64,000 nt of DNA from positions 730 to 64,729 of the forward strand of contig PXUB01000042.1 in the NCBI GenBank assembly GCA_003009755.1, read 5' to 3'. Of this stretch, positions 37,857 to 47,256 are shown in pieces (the first letter of the stretch is position 1; each line of letters opens with the position of its first letter). The DNA is from Thermoplasmatales archaeon SW_10_69_26. GTDB taxonomy: Archaea > Thermoplasmatota > SW-10-69-26. The notes beneath the pieces were generated by a model. That model did not search any database. It saw only the letters and a list, made by a program, of their open reading frames with translations, and was not told the origin of the DNA. The position numbers and the translations under genes were made by a program.

Positions 37857-38411
37857 GTGCCGTCGTTCGTCGTCCACGGCCTGATCCCGCTGCTGCTGAT
37901 CCTGGCGCTGCGGCTGGCGCCGCCCAAGGTGGCGTTGGCGACGCTGCCGTTCACCTGGCTGCCCGATCTGGACTTCTGGCTGGGGATCCATCGAGCGACG
38001 ACGAGCAACGTGTTCATCCTGCTGCCGACGCTGTACCTGTGGTGGCGCTGGCGGGAAGCCGAGCCCCAGCGGGCCCAGTACGCCGGCATCGCGACCCTCT
38101 ACCTCGCCAGCCACCTCATCATGGACATGTTCGCCGGCGGCATCGTGCCCTTCTGGCCCTTGTGGGACTACACCGTCTTCTGGCACTTCCTCATCCGCAT
38201 CAACACCCAGACCGGCGAGCGCGACGTCACCAACGACCCCGGCACGCACGAGGGTGCTCCGCAGGTCGTCGAGTGGTTCACCTGGTTGTCGCCGGTCGAG
38301 GCCGCGATGCTGGCGGTGACCGCCGTCGCCGTCGTCGGCACGCTCGGTTGGCGATGGTACCGGCAGGGCGGCCAGCTGCCCGGCTTCCTGGCGTCCGAGG
38401 ACGAGGGGTAG
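37857..38411 (+). CDS. Membrane metal-dependent hydrolase (YdjM-like)
   Basis: H, LPDLD, HR and SHLIMD motifs with TM helices. Confidence 0.8.
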   Translation: MPSFVVHGLIPLLLILALRLAPPKVALATLPFTWLPDLDFWLGIHRATTSNVFILLPTLYLWWRWREAEPQRAQYAGIATLYLASHLIMDMFAGGIVPFWPLWDYTVFWHFLIRINTQTGERDVTNDPGTHEGAPQVVEWFTWLSPVEAAMLAVTAVAVVGTLGWRWYRQGGQLPGFLASEDEG

Positions 38412-38492
38412 CGCCTCTCGCGTGTCACTTCGACTTCGTGACAGGGCGGGTGTGAAAGTCACCTGCCCCGACAGGCCTCGTGAGATGTTGCC

Positions 38493-39713
38493 ATGTCACG
38501 AGTTGTTGCTATCGTTCTCGCTGCCTGCACGATCACCCTGGCCGTCCCAGTCACGGGTGCCAGTACCGAATGCTCCACACCCCTAACCGACGACTGCCCC
38601 TCGGAGACCGCGGACGTCGACGCGCCTGCCGAGACCGAGGCCGAACAGGCCGCTGTCGGACCCAAGGTCGTCGTCACCGAGGAGCGATGGGAGAACCAGG
38701 ACCGGCGTCTCGAGCGTCAGGTCGTCGTCGCCGACGGCGGCCGCCTCGTGATCGAGGACTCGGTGATCGACATCCACTTCGACCAGACGTGCTCCGTCCG
38801 GATCAACGGCGAAGGCTGCATCGGCCACATCTCCGTCCAAGAGGACGGTGAACTCGTCGTCCGCAACTCGACGTTCACCTCCACGAACGAACCGCTCTTC
38901 GAGCGGGGCACCATCGTCGCCGAGGGCGGCAAGATCTCGATCACGGACTCGAAGTTGACCCAGTTCCGCGGGGTCAAGGCCCAGTACGAGGGCGAGCTGG
39001 TCTTCCGGTCGAACACCGTCACCGGGATGCTCGGAGGGGTCAGCATCATCCGCGGCGCCTCCAGCTCGATCGTCGACAACCACTTCTCCAACCAATCGTT
39101 CGCCGTAGGGGTCCAGGACTCCTCGCCCGAGATCCGGAACAACACGTTCGAGGACATCTCCGCGATCGCGCTTCGCATCCAGCAATCCATCGTCGGGGAC
39201 AAGGCCTTCACGACCGATCCGCTCGTCGTCGACAACGTCTTCGTGGACGTCGGGCAAGGCATCTTCACGGATTCCGGTGCGGGCTTCTCGATCGCTCACA
39301 ACCGGTTCGAGGACGCCCGCTTCCACGCGATCCACATCCGCGTCCCCACGTTCGACGGCCACCGCACGATGCTCGACCAGAGCCCACCGGTGGTCACCGA
39401 CAACGTCTTCGAGGACAACCACCGAGAGGTCCGAATCTTCACAAAAGAACGAGATAGGACCGCCGTCACCTCCACGTTCGAGATGACCGGGAACCTCATC
39501 CAGGGCACGATCTGCAACCACATCCAGGCCGAGGACCACCCGAACGCGACGCTCGTGGTCGAGGCCAACGACAACTGGTGGGACGGCGGAGATGGCCCCC
39601 GCGACCCGCTGCCCAACGACGACGATTGCGAGGCGCTGGACGGGTCGGCGACCTTCGAGATCGACTCGATCCTGAGAGCACCCCCGCTCGACGCCGGGCC
39701 CCGGATCGAGTGA
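38493..39713 (+). CDS. Secreted right-handed parallel beta-helix protein
   Basis: Signal peptide; repeated IxxNxF units; NDNWW. Confidence 0.8.
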   Translation: MSRVVAIVLAACTITLAVPVTGASTECSTPLTDDCPSETADVDAPAETEAEQAAVGPKVVVTEERWENQDRRLERQVVVADGGRLVIEDSVIDIHFDQTCSVRINGEGCIGHISVQEDGELVVRNSTFTSTNEPLFERGTIVAEGGKISITDSKLTQFRGVKAQYEGELVFRSNTVTGMLGGVSIIRGASSSIVDNHFSNQSFAVGVQDSSPEIRNNTFEDISAIALRIQQSIVGDKAFTTDPLVVDNVFVDVGQGIFTDSGAGFSIAHNRFEDARFHAIHIRVPTFDGHRTMLDQSPPVVTDNVFEDNHREVRIFTKERDRTAVTSTFEMTGNLIQGTICNHIQAEDHPNATLVVEANDNWWDGGDGPRDPLPNDDDCEALDGSATFEIDSILRAPPLDAGPRIE

Positions 39714-39779
39714 CGCCACGGTCTGGCCGGGCTCGAGAGGATCGAATGCTGGCGGCTTGAGGTTTGGTGGCGCCGACCG

Positions 39780-40337
39780 TCAGTTGGCGGCTGGCGCAGC
39801 CTCGGCCAGCCCGTCCTCGAAGACCCAGTAGAAGTGCTCGAGGAAGTCGTGCAGCGGGCGGCCCTCCTCCCATCGCAGCACGTAGGTGTCCGAGGCCGTC
39901 GTTGGCAGCTCGGGCACGCGGTCGGCCAGCATCTCCATCTTGCGAGTCAGATCACCCGTCGGGACCGTGAACAGCCGCCAGGGATCCTTCTCGTTGTGGC
40001 CCTTCAACCGGAACGCGTACAGGGCTAGGGTACCGGCCTTGCGCGCGCTCTCGGTCAACGCTTCGGCCTGCTCCTGCAGCTTGCCGCTGGATTCGGAGAA
40101 GTGCACCGTATCGCGGTTGGCGGCCTTGACCTCCACCATGAACGCGAACCCGTTGCGCATCACGATCAGATCGCCATCGCCCAGTGACCCGGCCGCGCGG
40201 ACGACCTGGAACGGCTCGCGCTTCGGTTGACGGTAAGCGAGCACGATGTCGTTCGAACCGGTGCGCGTCATCTTGTCGACGGTCGACTCGTCGCCCGTCA
40301 GGACGCCCTTCAACTCGCGCTCGTAAGCGTGACCCAT
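39780..40337 (-). CDS. hjc: Archaeal Holliday junction resolvase
   Basis: G..YEREL, VRAAGS...DLI, VEVK PD-(D/E)xK motifs. Confidence 0.8.
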   Translation of the reverse strand: MGHAYERELKGVLTGDESTVDKMTRTGSNDIVLAYRQPKREPFQVVRAAGSLGDGDLIVMRNGFAFMVEVKAANRDTVHFSESSGKLQEQAEALTESARKAGTLALYAFRLKGHNEKDPWRLFTVPTGDLTRKMEMLADRVPELPTTASDTYVLRWEEGRPLHDFLEHFYWVFEDGLAEAAPAAN

Positions 40338-40559
40338 CCCGACTCTACCAGCAGGAGAGGGAGGTATGGTTGTATCGGTTCGCGTCGACGCATCGATACC
40401 CAGCCTCTGTGCCCCCTCCGTGTCTCCGGGGCTCTGTGACCTTCCCCCCTCTCCCCCCCACCCCGCCAAGCTGGAATCGACAACGACTTAAGCGGGGCGC
40501 CCGCTCGAAGGCGTGGATGCACTCCCCGGCTCTCCGGGGTACCCGCTAGGAGGGATGAC

Positions 40560-41210
40560 ATGGCCATCGGTCAAAAGCTCAAGCAGAACGCACCAGGAGA
40601 GATCTTCTCCTGGATCAGCCAGGTTTTCGGGAAGGAACAGGCCAAGATCGGGATCTATGGCCCGCCCAACGCAGGCAAGACGACGCTCGCCAACCGCATC
40701 GTGCGGGACTGGGCGGGGGACGTCATGGGGGCGGCCAGCGAGGTCCCGCACGAGACGCGGCGTGCCCGCCGCAAGGCGAACATCCAGATGAGCCAGGACG
40801 GCAAGGGCCTGACCCTGGACATCGTGGACACGCCCGGCATCGCGACGAAGATCGATTTCAACGATTTCGTCGAAGAGCACGAGATGGAGGAGAACGACGC
40901 CAAGGACCGGGCCAAGGAGGCCACCGAGGGCGTCGTCGAAGCGATCCGATGGCTGGACGACGTCGACGGCATCATCCTAGTGATGGACGCCACGACGGAC
41001 CCGTTCAACCAGGTCAACGTCACGATCCTCGGCAACCTCGAGGCTCGCCGCCTCCCGGTCGTGATCGCGGCCAACAAGATCGACCTCCCCGAGTCCTCCC
41101 CAGCCACGCTCAAGAACGCCTTCCCGCAACACCCGGTGGTCCCGATCAGCGCGATCTCCGGCTACAACATCGACCAACTGTACGAGACGATGGTCGAGAA
41201 CTTCTCCTAG
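40560..41210 (+). CDS. oapA: Era-like GTPase OapA
   Basis: GPPNAGKTT, PHETRRA, DTPG, EATEGV, NKID. Confidence 0.88.
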   Translation: MAIGQKLKQNAPGEIFSWISQVFGKEQAKIGIYGPPNAGKTTLANRIVRDWAGDVMGAASEVPHETRRARRKANIQMSQDGKGLTLDIVDTPGIATKIDFNDFVEEHEMEENDAKDRAKEATEGVVEAIRWLDDVDGIILVMDATTDPFNQVNVTILGNLEARRLPVVIAANKIDLPESSPATLKNAFPQHPVVPISAISGYNIDQLYETMVENFS

Positions 41211-41218
41211 GTGGTTCG

Positions 41219-41620
41219 ATGTCCGAGAACGGCGTCAAGATCAACCTGGTCTCGAAGAGCATGCTCGATGAGATGTCCCTCCAGGAGAAGATCCAGTTCA
41301 TCCTGACCGAGGTCAAGCAGGACGTCATCCTCGTCCTCGAGGAGGGCCTGGAGCCCGACGAGGAGGCCAAGCTCATCGAATCCACGATGTTCGAGATCGA
41401 CCCCGAGTCCTTCGTCGGTATCGAGATGGAGAGCCAGCGCGAGATGGAGGCCGACTCGATCATCGGCAAGCTGTTCCAGCGCACCCCCTACGGCTCCCGC
41501 GCCTCGATGACCGTCGTCGGACCCGCCGACAAGCTCCGCACCGTGTACAAGGATGGCAACTCCATCGAGGCCATGGTGCTCGAGAAGCAGACGGCGGAGG
41601 CCAACGGGGCCGCCGCCTGA
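41219..41620 (+). CDS. oapB: DUF2073 protein OapB
   Basis: EKIQFIL...LVLEEGLEPDEEAKLIE.TM.EID...F.GIE...TVVGPA. Confidence 0.85.
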   Translation: MSENGVKINLVSKSMLDEMSLQEKIQFILTEVKQDVILVLEEGLEPDEEAKLIESTMFEIDPESFVGIEMESQREMEADSIIGKLFQRTPYGSRASMTVVGPADKLRTVYKDGNSIEAMVLEKQTAEANGAAA

Positions 41621-41629
41621 GGGGAAAGG

Positions 41630-42334
41630 ATGCCGCACCAGTGCCTGAACTGCGGGGATGCATTCGAGGAAGGCTCCACCGACCTCCTCGAGGGGTGTCC
41701 CTCCTGCGAGGGGACCCGGTTCTTCTACACCGAGGAACCGCTCGAAGAGGACGAGCGCGAGGAGCTTCAGGAGGACACCGACGACGACGTCGAGTCGATG
41801 CTCCAGGACATCGTCGACGAGGAGGATCAGCCCGATCTCGCCGAGGATATCTGGAGTCGCGAAGCCTGGGAGCAGTGGATCCGAGACAAGGCCAGCTCCA
41901 AGGCCGACGCCGACGACACCGACGTCTCCTTCGAGGAGATCGCCGACGCCGTCAAGCAACGCGACGAGGGCCCCAGCACGGCCCCCGAAGCCGGTCCGCC
42001 CGGCGGCGAACCGGACACGCACGGCTTCGAGACGGCCGACCCCGAGGCGTCCTCAAAGGAAGCCGACCCGGTGCAGGTCGAGCTCGGCGACGTGCAGGAG
42101 ACGACGCCGCCGACCGGCGAGGCCGAGGACCCGCCCGAGCAGGAAGCCGCGCGGGAGGCCCTGCAGCCGGCGCCCCAGCCCGGCGACGACGGGCGCCCCT
42201 CCACGCTGAACATCAACGACCCGGGCGAGTACGAGATCGACGTCCGGCGCCTGCTCGAGGACAGCCCGGTCATCGTGGAACGCGACGGCTCCTACGTGAT
42301 CCACCTGCCGAGCGTGTTCGACCGCGAGCAGTAG
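41630..42334 (+). CDS. oapC: Zn-ribbon protein OapC (DUF2072)
   Basis: MPHQCLNCG...GCPSC; C-terminal PGEYEIDV..L...DGSYVIHL. Confidence 0.85.
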   Translation: MPHQCLNCGDAFEEGSTDLLEGCPSCEGTRFFYTEEPLEEDEREELQEDTDDDVESMLQDIVDEEDQPDLAEDIWSREAWEQWIRDKASSKADADDTDVSFEEIADAVKQRDEGPSTAPEAGPPGGEPDTHGFETADPEASSKEADPVQVELGDVQETTPPTGEAEDPPEQEAAREALQPAPQPGDDGRPSTLNINDPGEYEIDVRRLLEDSPVIVERDGSYVIHLPSVFDREQ

Positions 42335-42341
42335 CCGACGG

Positions 42342-42548
42342 CTACCACCGCGTCACGAGGATCGTATCCTCGTCGCCGACCGGCGTCAGGTCGCCCTCCA
42401 GCCGCTGTGCATCCACGCCGTCGACGAACACCCGCAGCTCGTCGTCCTCGAGATCACCGAACTCGTCGAGGGCCTCGCCGAGCGTGCGGGCCTCCACGTC
42501 GGTCGGATCAACCCCGAGCTCGCTGCCGAAAACGATCCGAACCATCAT
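42342..42548 (-). CDS. Small ubiquitin-like (MoaD/ThiS-fold) protein lacking the C-terminal GG
   Basis: VEARTLGEAL...RVFVDG...LTPVGDEDTILV pattern; ends TRW. Confidence 0.6.
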   Translation of the reverse strand: MMVRIVFGSELGVDPTDVEARTLGEALDEFGDLEDDELRVFVDGVDAQRLEGDLTPVGDEDTILVTRW

Positions 42549-42702
42549 CCCCTCTAGGCTGGCCAGGGGCCATAAACGTCCGTCCGGACGCTCGCGCTGG
42601 GATCGAGGCCTCTTGCTCGAGGGCCGACCCTCGACGGAGCCGGGGGAACCGCTGGACCCTGGACGTAGCGGCTCCGAGGCCGTCGACGAGCGCCCTCGCG
42701 CG

Positions 42703-44070
42703 TCAGTAGGCTTGCTTGTCGGTCGCGATCTGTTGAACCCAGGCGTCCGTGCCGCCTTGCAGGTTGAAGGCGTTGAGCCCCACCGAACGCAAGAGCTCGG
42801 TCGCCTTCGCCGACCGGCCACCGGACTTGCAGTACACGACGACGTCCTTCTCGGCCGGCAGCTGGGACACCTCGTCCGGCAGATCGTCGAGCGGGATGTG
42901 CTCGCTGCCGTCGATCTTGACGATGTCGCGCTCCCAGTCCTCGCGAACGTCGAGCACGTGCAGCCCCTCCTCGCCGAGGCGGTCGGCCAGCTGTTGGACG
43001 GTGAGCTCGGCGCTCTCGTCCTCCTCTTGGGTGATCCCGCAGAACGCCTGGTAGTCGACGAGCTCGGTGACCTCGGGATCGTCGCCGCACACCGGGCACT
43101 CGGGGTCGGCGTTGATGTCGACCTCGTCGAAGGATCCCTCCATCGCGTTGTAGAGCACCAACCGGCCGGTCAGGGGCTCGCCCTCGTCGAGCAACAGCTT
43201 GACGGCTTCTGTGGCTTGCAGCACGCCCAACGTGCCCGGCAGGACACCCAGGACGCCGCCTTCGGCGCAGTTGGGGACCAGGCCCGGCGGAGGCGGCTCG
43301 GGGTACAGGCATCGATAACAGGGTCCTTCGTCGGCCCAGAAGACGCTGGCCTGCCCCTCGAAGCGGAAGATCGACGCGTGCACGTTGGGTTTGTCGAGGA
43401 GCACGCAGGCGTCGTTGGTCAGGTAGCGCGTGGGGAAGTTGTCGGTCCCGTCGAGTACGACGTCGTAGTCTTCGAGGATCGCCAGCGCGTTGTCGTTGGT
43501 CAACCGCGTGTCGTAGGTCTCGATCTCGATGTGCGGGTTCAGCCCCTCGAGCCGTTCCTTGGCGACCTCGACCTTCTTGCGGCCCTCGTCCTCGTAGTCG
43601 TAGAGGATCTGTCGGTGGAGGTTGCTGGCGTTGACGACGTCTGGATCGACGATCCCGATCCGACCGACCCCGGCCGCAGCCAAGTACAAGAGCGTGGGCG
43701 CACCCAGGCCGCCGGCACCGACCACGATCGCCGAGGAGCTTTTGAGCTCCTGCTGACCCTCCCGCCCGACCTGGGGCAGGATGAGGTGGCGCCCGTAGAA
43801 GCGCAGCTCCTCTTGGGACAGGTTCGGCAGGTGGTTAGGGTTGGTCGGGTCGCCGCCGGCGACGGCGGGGAGGACGAGCACCTCGTCGTCCTCGTCGAGC
43901 CCCGTGTCGGGACCCTCGAGCTCCCGCACGTTCGTCCCGTTCTTGAAGAAGTTGACGAACCGGTTGAGGTCCCCGTCGTCGTCCACGAGGTGCTTCTCGA
44001 GGCCGGGGTAGGCTTCGGCGTTGTCGTCCGTCTCCGAACGGAGGGGGGCAGGGATCTTGACCGTGACCAT
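42703..44070 (-). CDS. moeB: Ubl(CysO/MoaD)-E1 adenylyltransferase-rhodanese fusion (MoeZ/MoeB-like)
   Basis: Ubl ending LPAVAGG (aa 1-73), GAGGLG, SNLHRQ, CYRC, NCAEGG, CPVC, rhodanese CKSGGRS. Confidence 0.9.
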   Translation of the reverse strand: MVTVKIPAPLRSETDDNAEAYPGLEKHLVDDDGDLNRFVNFFKNGTNVRELEGPDTGLDEDDEVLVLPAVAGGDPTNPNHLPNLSQEELRFYGRHLILPQVGREGQQELKSSSAIVVGAGGLGAPTLLYLAAAGVGRIGIVDPDVVNASNLHRQILYDYEDEGRKKVEVAKERLEGLNPHIEIETYDTRLTNDNALAILEDYDVVLDGTDNFPTRYLTNDACVLLDKPNVHASIFRFEGQASVFWADEGPCYRCLYPEPPPPGLVPNCAEGGVLGVLPGTLGVLQATEAVKLLLDEGEPLTGRLVLYNAMEGSFDEVDINADPECPVCGDDPEVTELVDYQAFCGITQEEDESAELTVQQLADRLGEEGLHVLDVREDWERDIVKIDGSEHIPLDDLPDEVSQLPAEKDVVVYCKSGGRSAKATELLRSVGLNAFNLQGGTDAWVQQIATDKQAY

Positions 44071-44123
44071 CGCGTAGCGATGGCGAGGTCGTGTTATTCA
44101 AAGTTGGGCTGAAGGCAAGACCC

Positions 44124-44537
44124 TCAGGCCTCCAGGTCCACGCGCACGGGGACCTCGTCGAACCCCTCGCCGTTCCACACGCCTCCGAGGAACCGCAACG
44201 GAGCCAGCGAAGCCAACAGGTACGTCTTACCGGCCCAGCTTCCCCGTCCGACGTCGGTCTCCGAGAAGGCGGCATAGCCCCGCGGGTGGGAGTGGTAGAA
44301 GCCGACGATCTCGACCGCCGACCCGTCGGTCCGCTCCACAGCCTCGTACAACAGCTCGGGATCGATCTCGTACTCGGTGCGCGGGTTCTCGTGCACGTTC
44401 TCGGACCGCAGGGCCTCGGTCGCCTGCTCCTCGTTGGGCCCGATCAAGATCCCGCAGCACTCGTGGGGGGCCGCCTCGAGCCCGTGCTCGAACACCTCGT
44501 GGGCCACGCGCGGGGCCAGCTCGAGGACCTTGGTCAC
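44124..44537 (-). CDS. JAB/MPN+ metallopeptidase (Mec-like)
   Basis: PHECCG and YHSHP-x5-FS-x2-D JAMM motif; GTGA overlap with the cysteine synthase gene. Confidence 0.9.
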   Translation of the reverse strand: MTKVLELAPRVAHEVFEHGLEAAPHECCGILIGPNEEQATEALRSENVHENPRTEYEIDPELLYEAVERTDGSAVEIVGFYHSHPRGYAAFSETDVGRGSWAGKTYLLASLAPLRFLGGVWNGEGFDEVPVRVDLEA

Positions 44538-45469
44538 GACGAGCCCTCCTGGTCGATCGTCTCGCGGACCCGGTCGGCGTACAGCGTCGAGCGGTAGCGG
44601 TCGAACCCGTCGGGCAGGATCGTCGCCACCCTCGCATCTGGGGTCTCTTGGGCGATGGATCGGATGCCGGCCAGGGCTGCGCCGGCCGAGGGGCCCAGCG
44701 CCAGTCCCAGCTCGGTGAGGAACTCGGCGCCGGCCTGCCAGGCGTCCTCGGTGTCGACGACGCGCACCTCGTCGATCACCGACCGATCGAGGATGGCGGG
44801 CGTCTTGTTCGTCTCCAGGTGCTTCCAGCCCTCCATGCCGTGCAGGGGGCCGGCCGGTTGCAGACCGACGATCTCGATCTCGGGCACGGCCTTGCGCAGG
44901 TGGCGGGCCGTGCCGGTGATCGTGCCGCCGGTCCCGATCCCGGCCACGAAGTGCGTCAGCTGATCGGCCTGGTCGACGATCTCGGGCCCGGTCGTCTGCT
45001 CGTGGGCCCGCGGGTTGGCCGGGTTCGCGTACTGGTCGACGTAGACGACCTCCTCGCCCCGGCGCTGGGCGTGGTCGGTGCAGCGCTCGATCGCGCCGTC
45101 CTGGCCCTCGCCGGGCGGCGTCAAGGTGACCTCGGCCCCGTAGAGGGCGAACAGCCGTTTGCGCTCGTCGCTGGCGTTCTCCGGCATGAACAGGTGCACG
45201 TCGAACCCGAGCGCGCGCCCGAGCACGGCGTACGCGATGCCGGTGTTGCCGCTGGTGGCGTCCACGAGCGTGCCACCGGCCGACAGCTCGTCCCAGGCGT
45301 CCCGCACCATGGCCAGCGCCGGCCGATCCTTGACCGAGCCGCCCGGGTTGCGCGCCTCGAGCTTGCCGAACGCCCGAGCCCTGGAACCCAACAGCTGGGA
45401 GAGGTCGACGAGGGGCGTGTCGCCGATCAGCCGGACCAGCGAGGCATCGTCGGGGAAGCCTGGGGCCAC
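44534..45469 (-). CDS. cysM: PLP-dependent cysteine synthase (CysM-like)
   Basis: NPGGSVKDR, ATSGNTG, GIGTGGT. Confidence 0.88.
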   Translation of the reverse strand: MAPGFPDDASLVRLIGDTPLVDLSQLLGSRARAFGKLEARNPGGSVKDRPALAMVRDAWDELSAGGTLVDATSGNTGIAYAVLGRALGFDVHLFMPENASDERKRLFALYGAEVTLTPPGEGQDGAIERCTDHAQRRGEEVVYVDQYANPANPRAHEQTTGPEIVDQADQLTHFVAGIGTGGTITGTARHLRKAVPEIEIVGLQPAGPLHGMEGWKHLETNKTPAILDRSVIDEVRVVDTEDAWQAGAEFLTELGLALGPSAGAALAGIRSIAQETPDARVATILPDGFDRYRSTLYADRVRETIDQEGSS

Positions 45470-45585
45470 ACGCCCAGGGACCGGCAGGCCGCACGTCAGG
45501 GTTTCGGTCGCGGTAACCCGGTGAGGCCGGACGCTGAAACACGTTCACCGCAACGTTCAACCGGACGCCGGACCGATGGCCCCTC

Positions 45586-47256
45586 GTGGAGCGAGGCTGG
45601 GTTTCGGCCGTGCTCGCCGCGGCCCTGTTGGCCCTCACGCCGCCCGCGGGAGCCCAGACCCAGCCGGAGGCGGACCTGGACGCCGTGCGGATCGGCGCGC
45701 CTGTCTCCCCGGTCGAGGGCGTCGAGGTCGCCGTGAACGCGAGCGTCTCGTGCGAGGGCTGGGGGGAGGCCGGCGAGCGGACCCTCGCGGTCTTCGCCAC
45801 GGACTCCCCGGGGCCCGAGCAACGCCTCCGCGTCGAGCCGCGCGTCATCGAGCTGGAAGCCGGGCCCGACGAGTGCCGATCCGGCCAGCAACTGAACGCG
45901 TCGACGACGCTGACCGTGAGGCCCACGCGCGAGGCACACGCCGGCGTCGGAGTCGCCACGGACATCCAGATGCGATTGGAGGAGCGCACCGACGGCGAGG
46001 TCGTGCGCGAACACGGCCCCTGGTCGACGCCGGTCGCCTACGTGACCGGGCTGTGGGCGGAGGTCGAGGTCCAGCCGATCGACGATCGCATCCATCTCGG
46101 CTGGGACGAGCAACGCCACACGGAGCTCCGCCTGGCGGTCGAAGCCAACGGGGCCGTGGAGCGCGGCATCGAGGCTACCTCCCCGGAGGGCCTGGCCGTC
46201 AGGGTGGTCACGCCCGATCGAGGGATCGAGCCCGGGACCTCGCGGAAAGCCACGCTCAGCCTCGACGACGCGCGATCGGCGCCCGCGGGCGAGCGCACCT
46301 CGAACGTCTCCGTCCGGGTCGACGTCCGCGCCGACGGGATGAGCCATGGGTCTGCCCCGACCGCGACGGCGACGACCTCGTTCACCGTCGCCCAAGAGGG
46401 CTGGGAGGAGACCGGGCAGGCGGCCGGTTGGGGGCTCGTCGTGGTCGCCGGCCTCGGCTTCGCCGGGCTCGTCTACCGCCAGCGTCGCCGAGCGAAAGGG
46501 TCTCCGGCGGTTCCACCAGGCCCGAGCGAGCAGGACACGCGTGTGGCCGGCCAGGCCCCCCAGCAACGCCGGACTCTCGTCACCTGGCTGACGGTGCTCG
46601 GGCTCGTGGCGATCGTCTGGGGCACCGCCGAGGGGGCATGGCTCGTCGCCGCCGGCGTGCTCGCCTGGCTCGTCGCTGCATGGCTGGCCGGCGACGGTCG
46701 CCTTCCCGCCCTGATAAGGGACGGCTTGTCCGCCGTCGATCCCGACCGGGCCGGTGCCGCCGCGATCGCCCTCGCGCTGGCTGCCCTCGGGCTCCTCGTC
46801 GTCCACGAGGCGTTCGTGGCGCTGGTCGCGTTCCTGCTCGTCGCCGGCGCGTGGTCGTCGAGCCGCAGGGACCTGCCGGACTGGGTAAGCCAAGCGGTGC
46901 TCGCGGTCGGCGGCTTCGCCGTGCTCGTCCCCCTCCTAGCGCAGGAGCTCACGCTCGGCGTGCTGGGCGCCCTCGCCCGCGTGCCGGTCAACGGGCCGGC
47001 AGCCGTCGGTCTCGGCCTCGGCGGCCCGTTCCTCGTGGCGTTCGCGGTCCTGGCGGCGCGCTGCCGGGGCTGGCGACGAGCCGCGGCTCTGTCGGGGTTC
47101 GCGTTCGTGCTCGTCCAGGTGCCCGCGCCCGGGTTGCTCCTGGATCAGCGCCTCGATCTCGGGGCCGCCATCGTGGCAGGCGAGGTGGTCGTCTTGACCG
47201 GGCTGCTCGCCGCCGCCCTGCCGGGCCTTCACGCGTTGCTCGCCGAGCGGGACTAG
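45586..47256 (+). CDS. Membrane protein: exported beta-rich N-terminus plus multi-TM C-terminus
   Basis: Signal peptide, ~260 aa soluble domain, then about 9-10 hydrophobic segments. Confidence 0.7.
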   Translation: MERGWVSAVLAAALLALTPPAGAQTQPEADLDAVRIGAPVSPVEGVEVAVNASVSCEGWGEAGERTLAVFATDSPGPEQRLRVEPRVIELEAGPDECRSGQQLNASTTLTVRPTREAHAGVGVATDIQMRLEERTDGEVVREHGPWSTPVAYVTGLWAEVEVQPIDDRIHLGWDEQRHTELRLAVEANGAVERGIEATSPEGLAVRVVTPDRGIEPGTSRKATLSLDDARSAPAGERTSNVSVRVDVRADGMSHGSAPTATATTSFTVAQEGWEETGQAAGWGLVVVAGLGFAGLVYRQRRRAKGSPAVPPGPSEQDTRVAGQAPQQRRTLVTWLTVLGLVAIVWGTAEGAWLVAAGVLAWLVAAWLAGDGRLPALIRDGLSAVDPDRAGAAAIALALAALGLLVVHEAFVALVAFLLVAGAWSSSRRDLPDWVSQAVLAVGGFAVLVPLLAQELTLGVLGALARVPVNGPAAVGLGLGGPFLVAFAVLAARCRGWRRAAALSGFAFVLVQVPAPGLLLDQRLDLGAAIVAGEVVVLTGLLAAALPGLHALLAERD

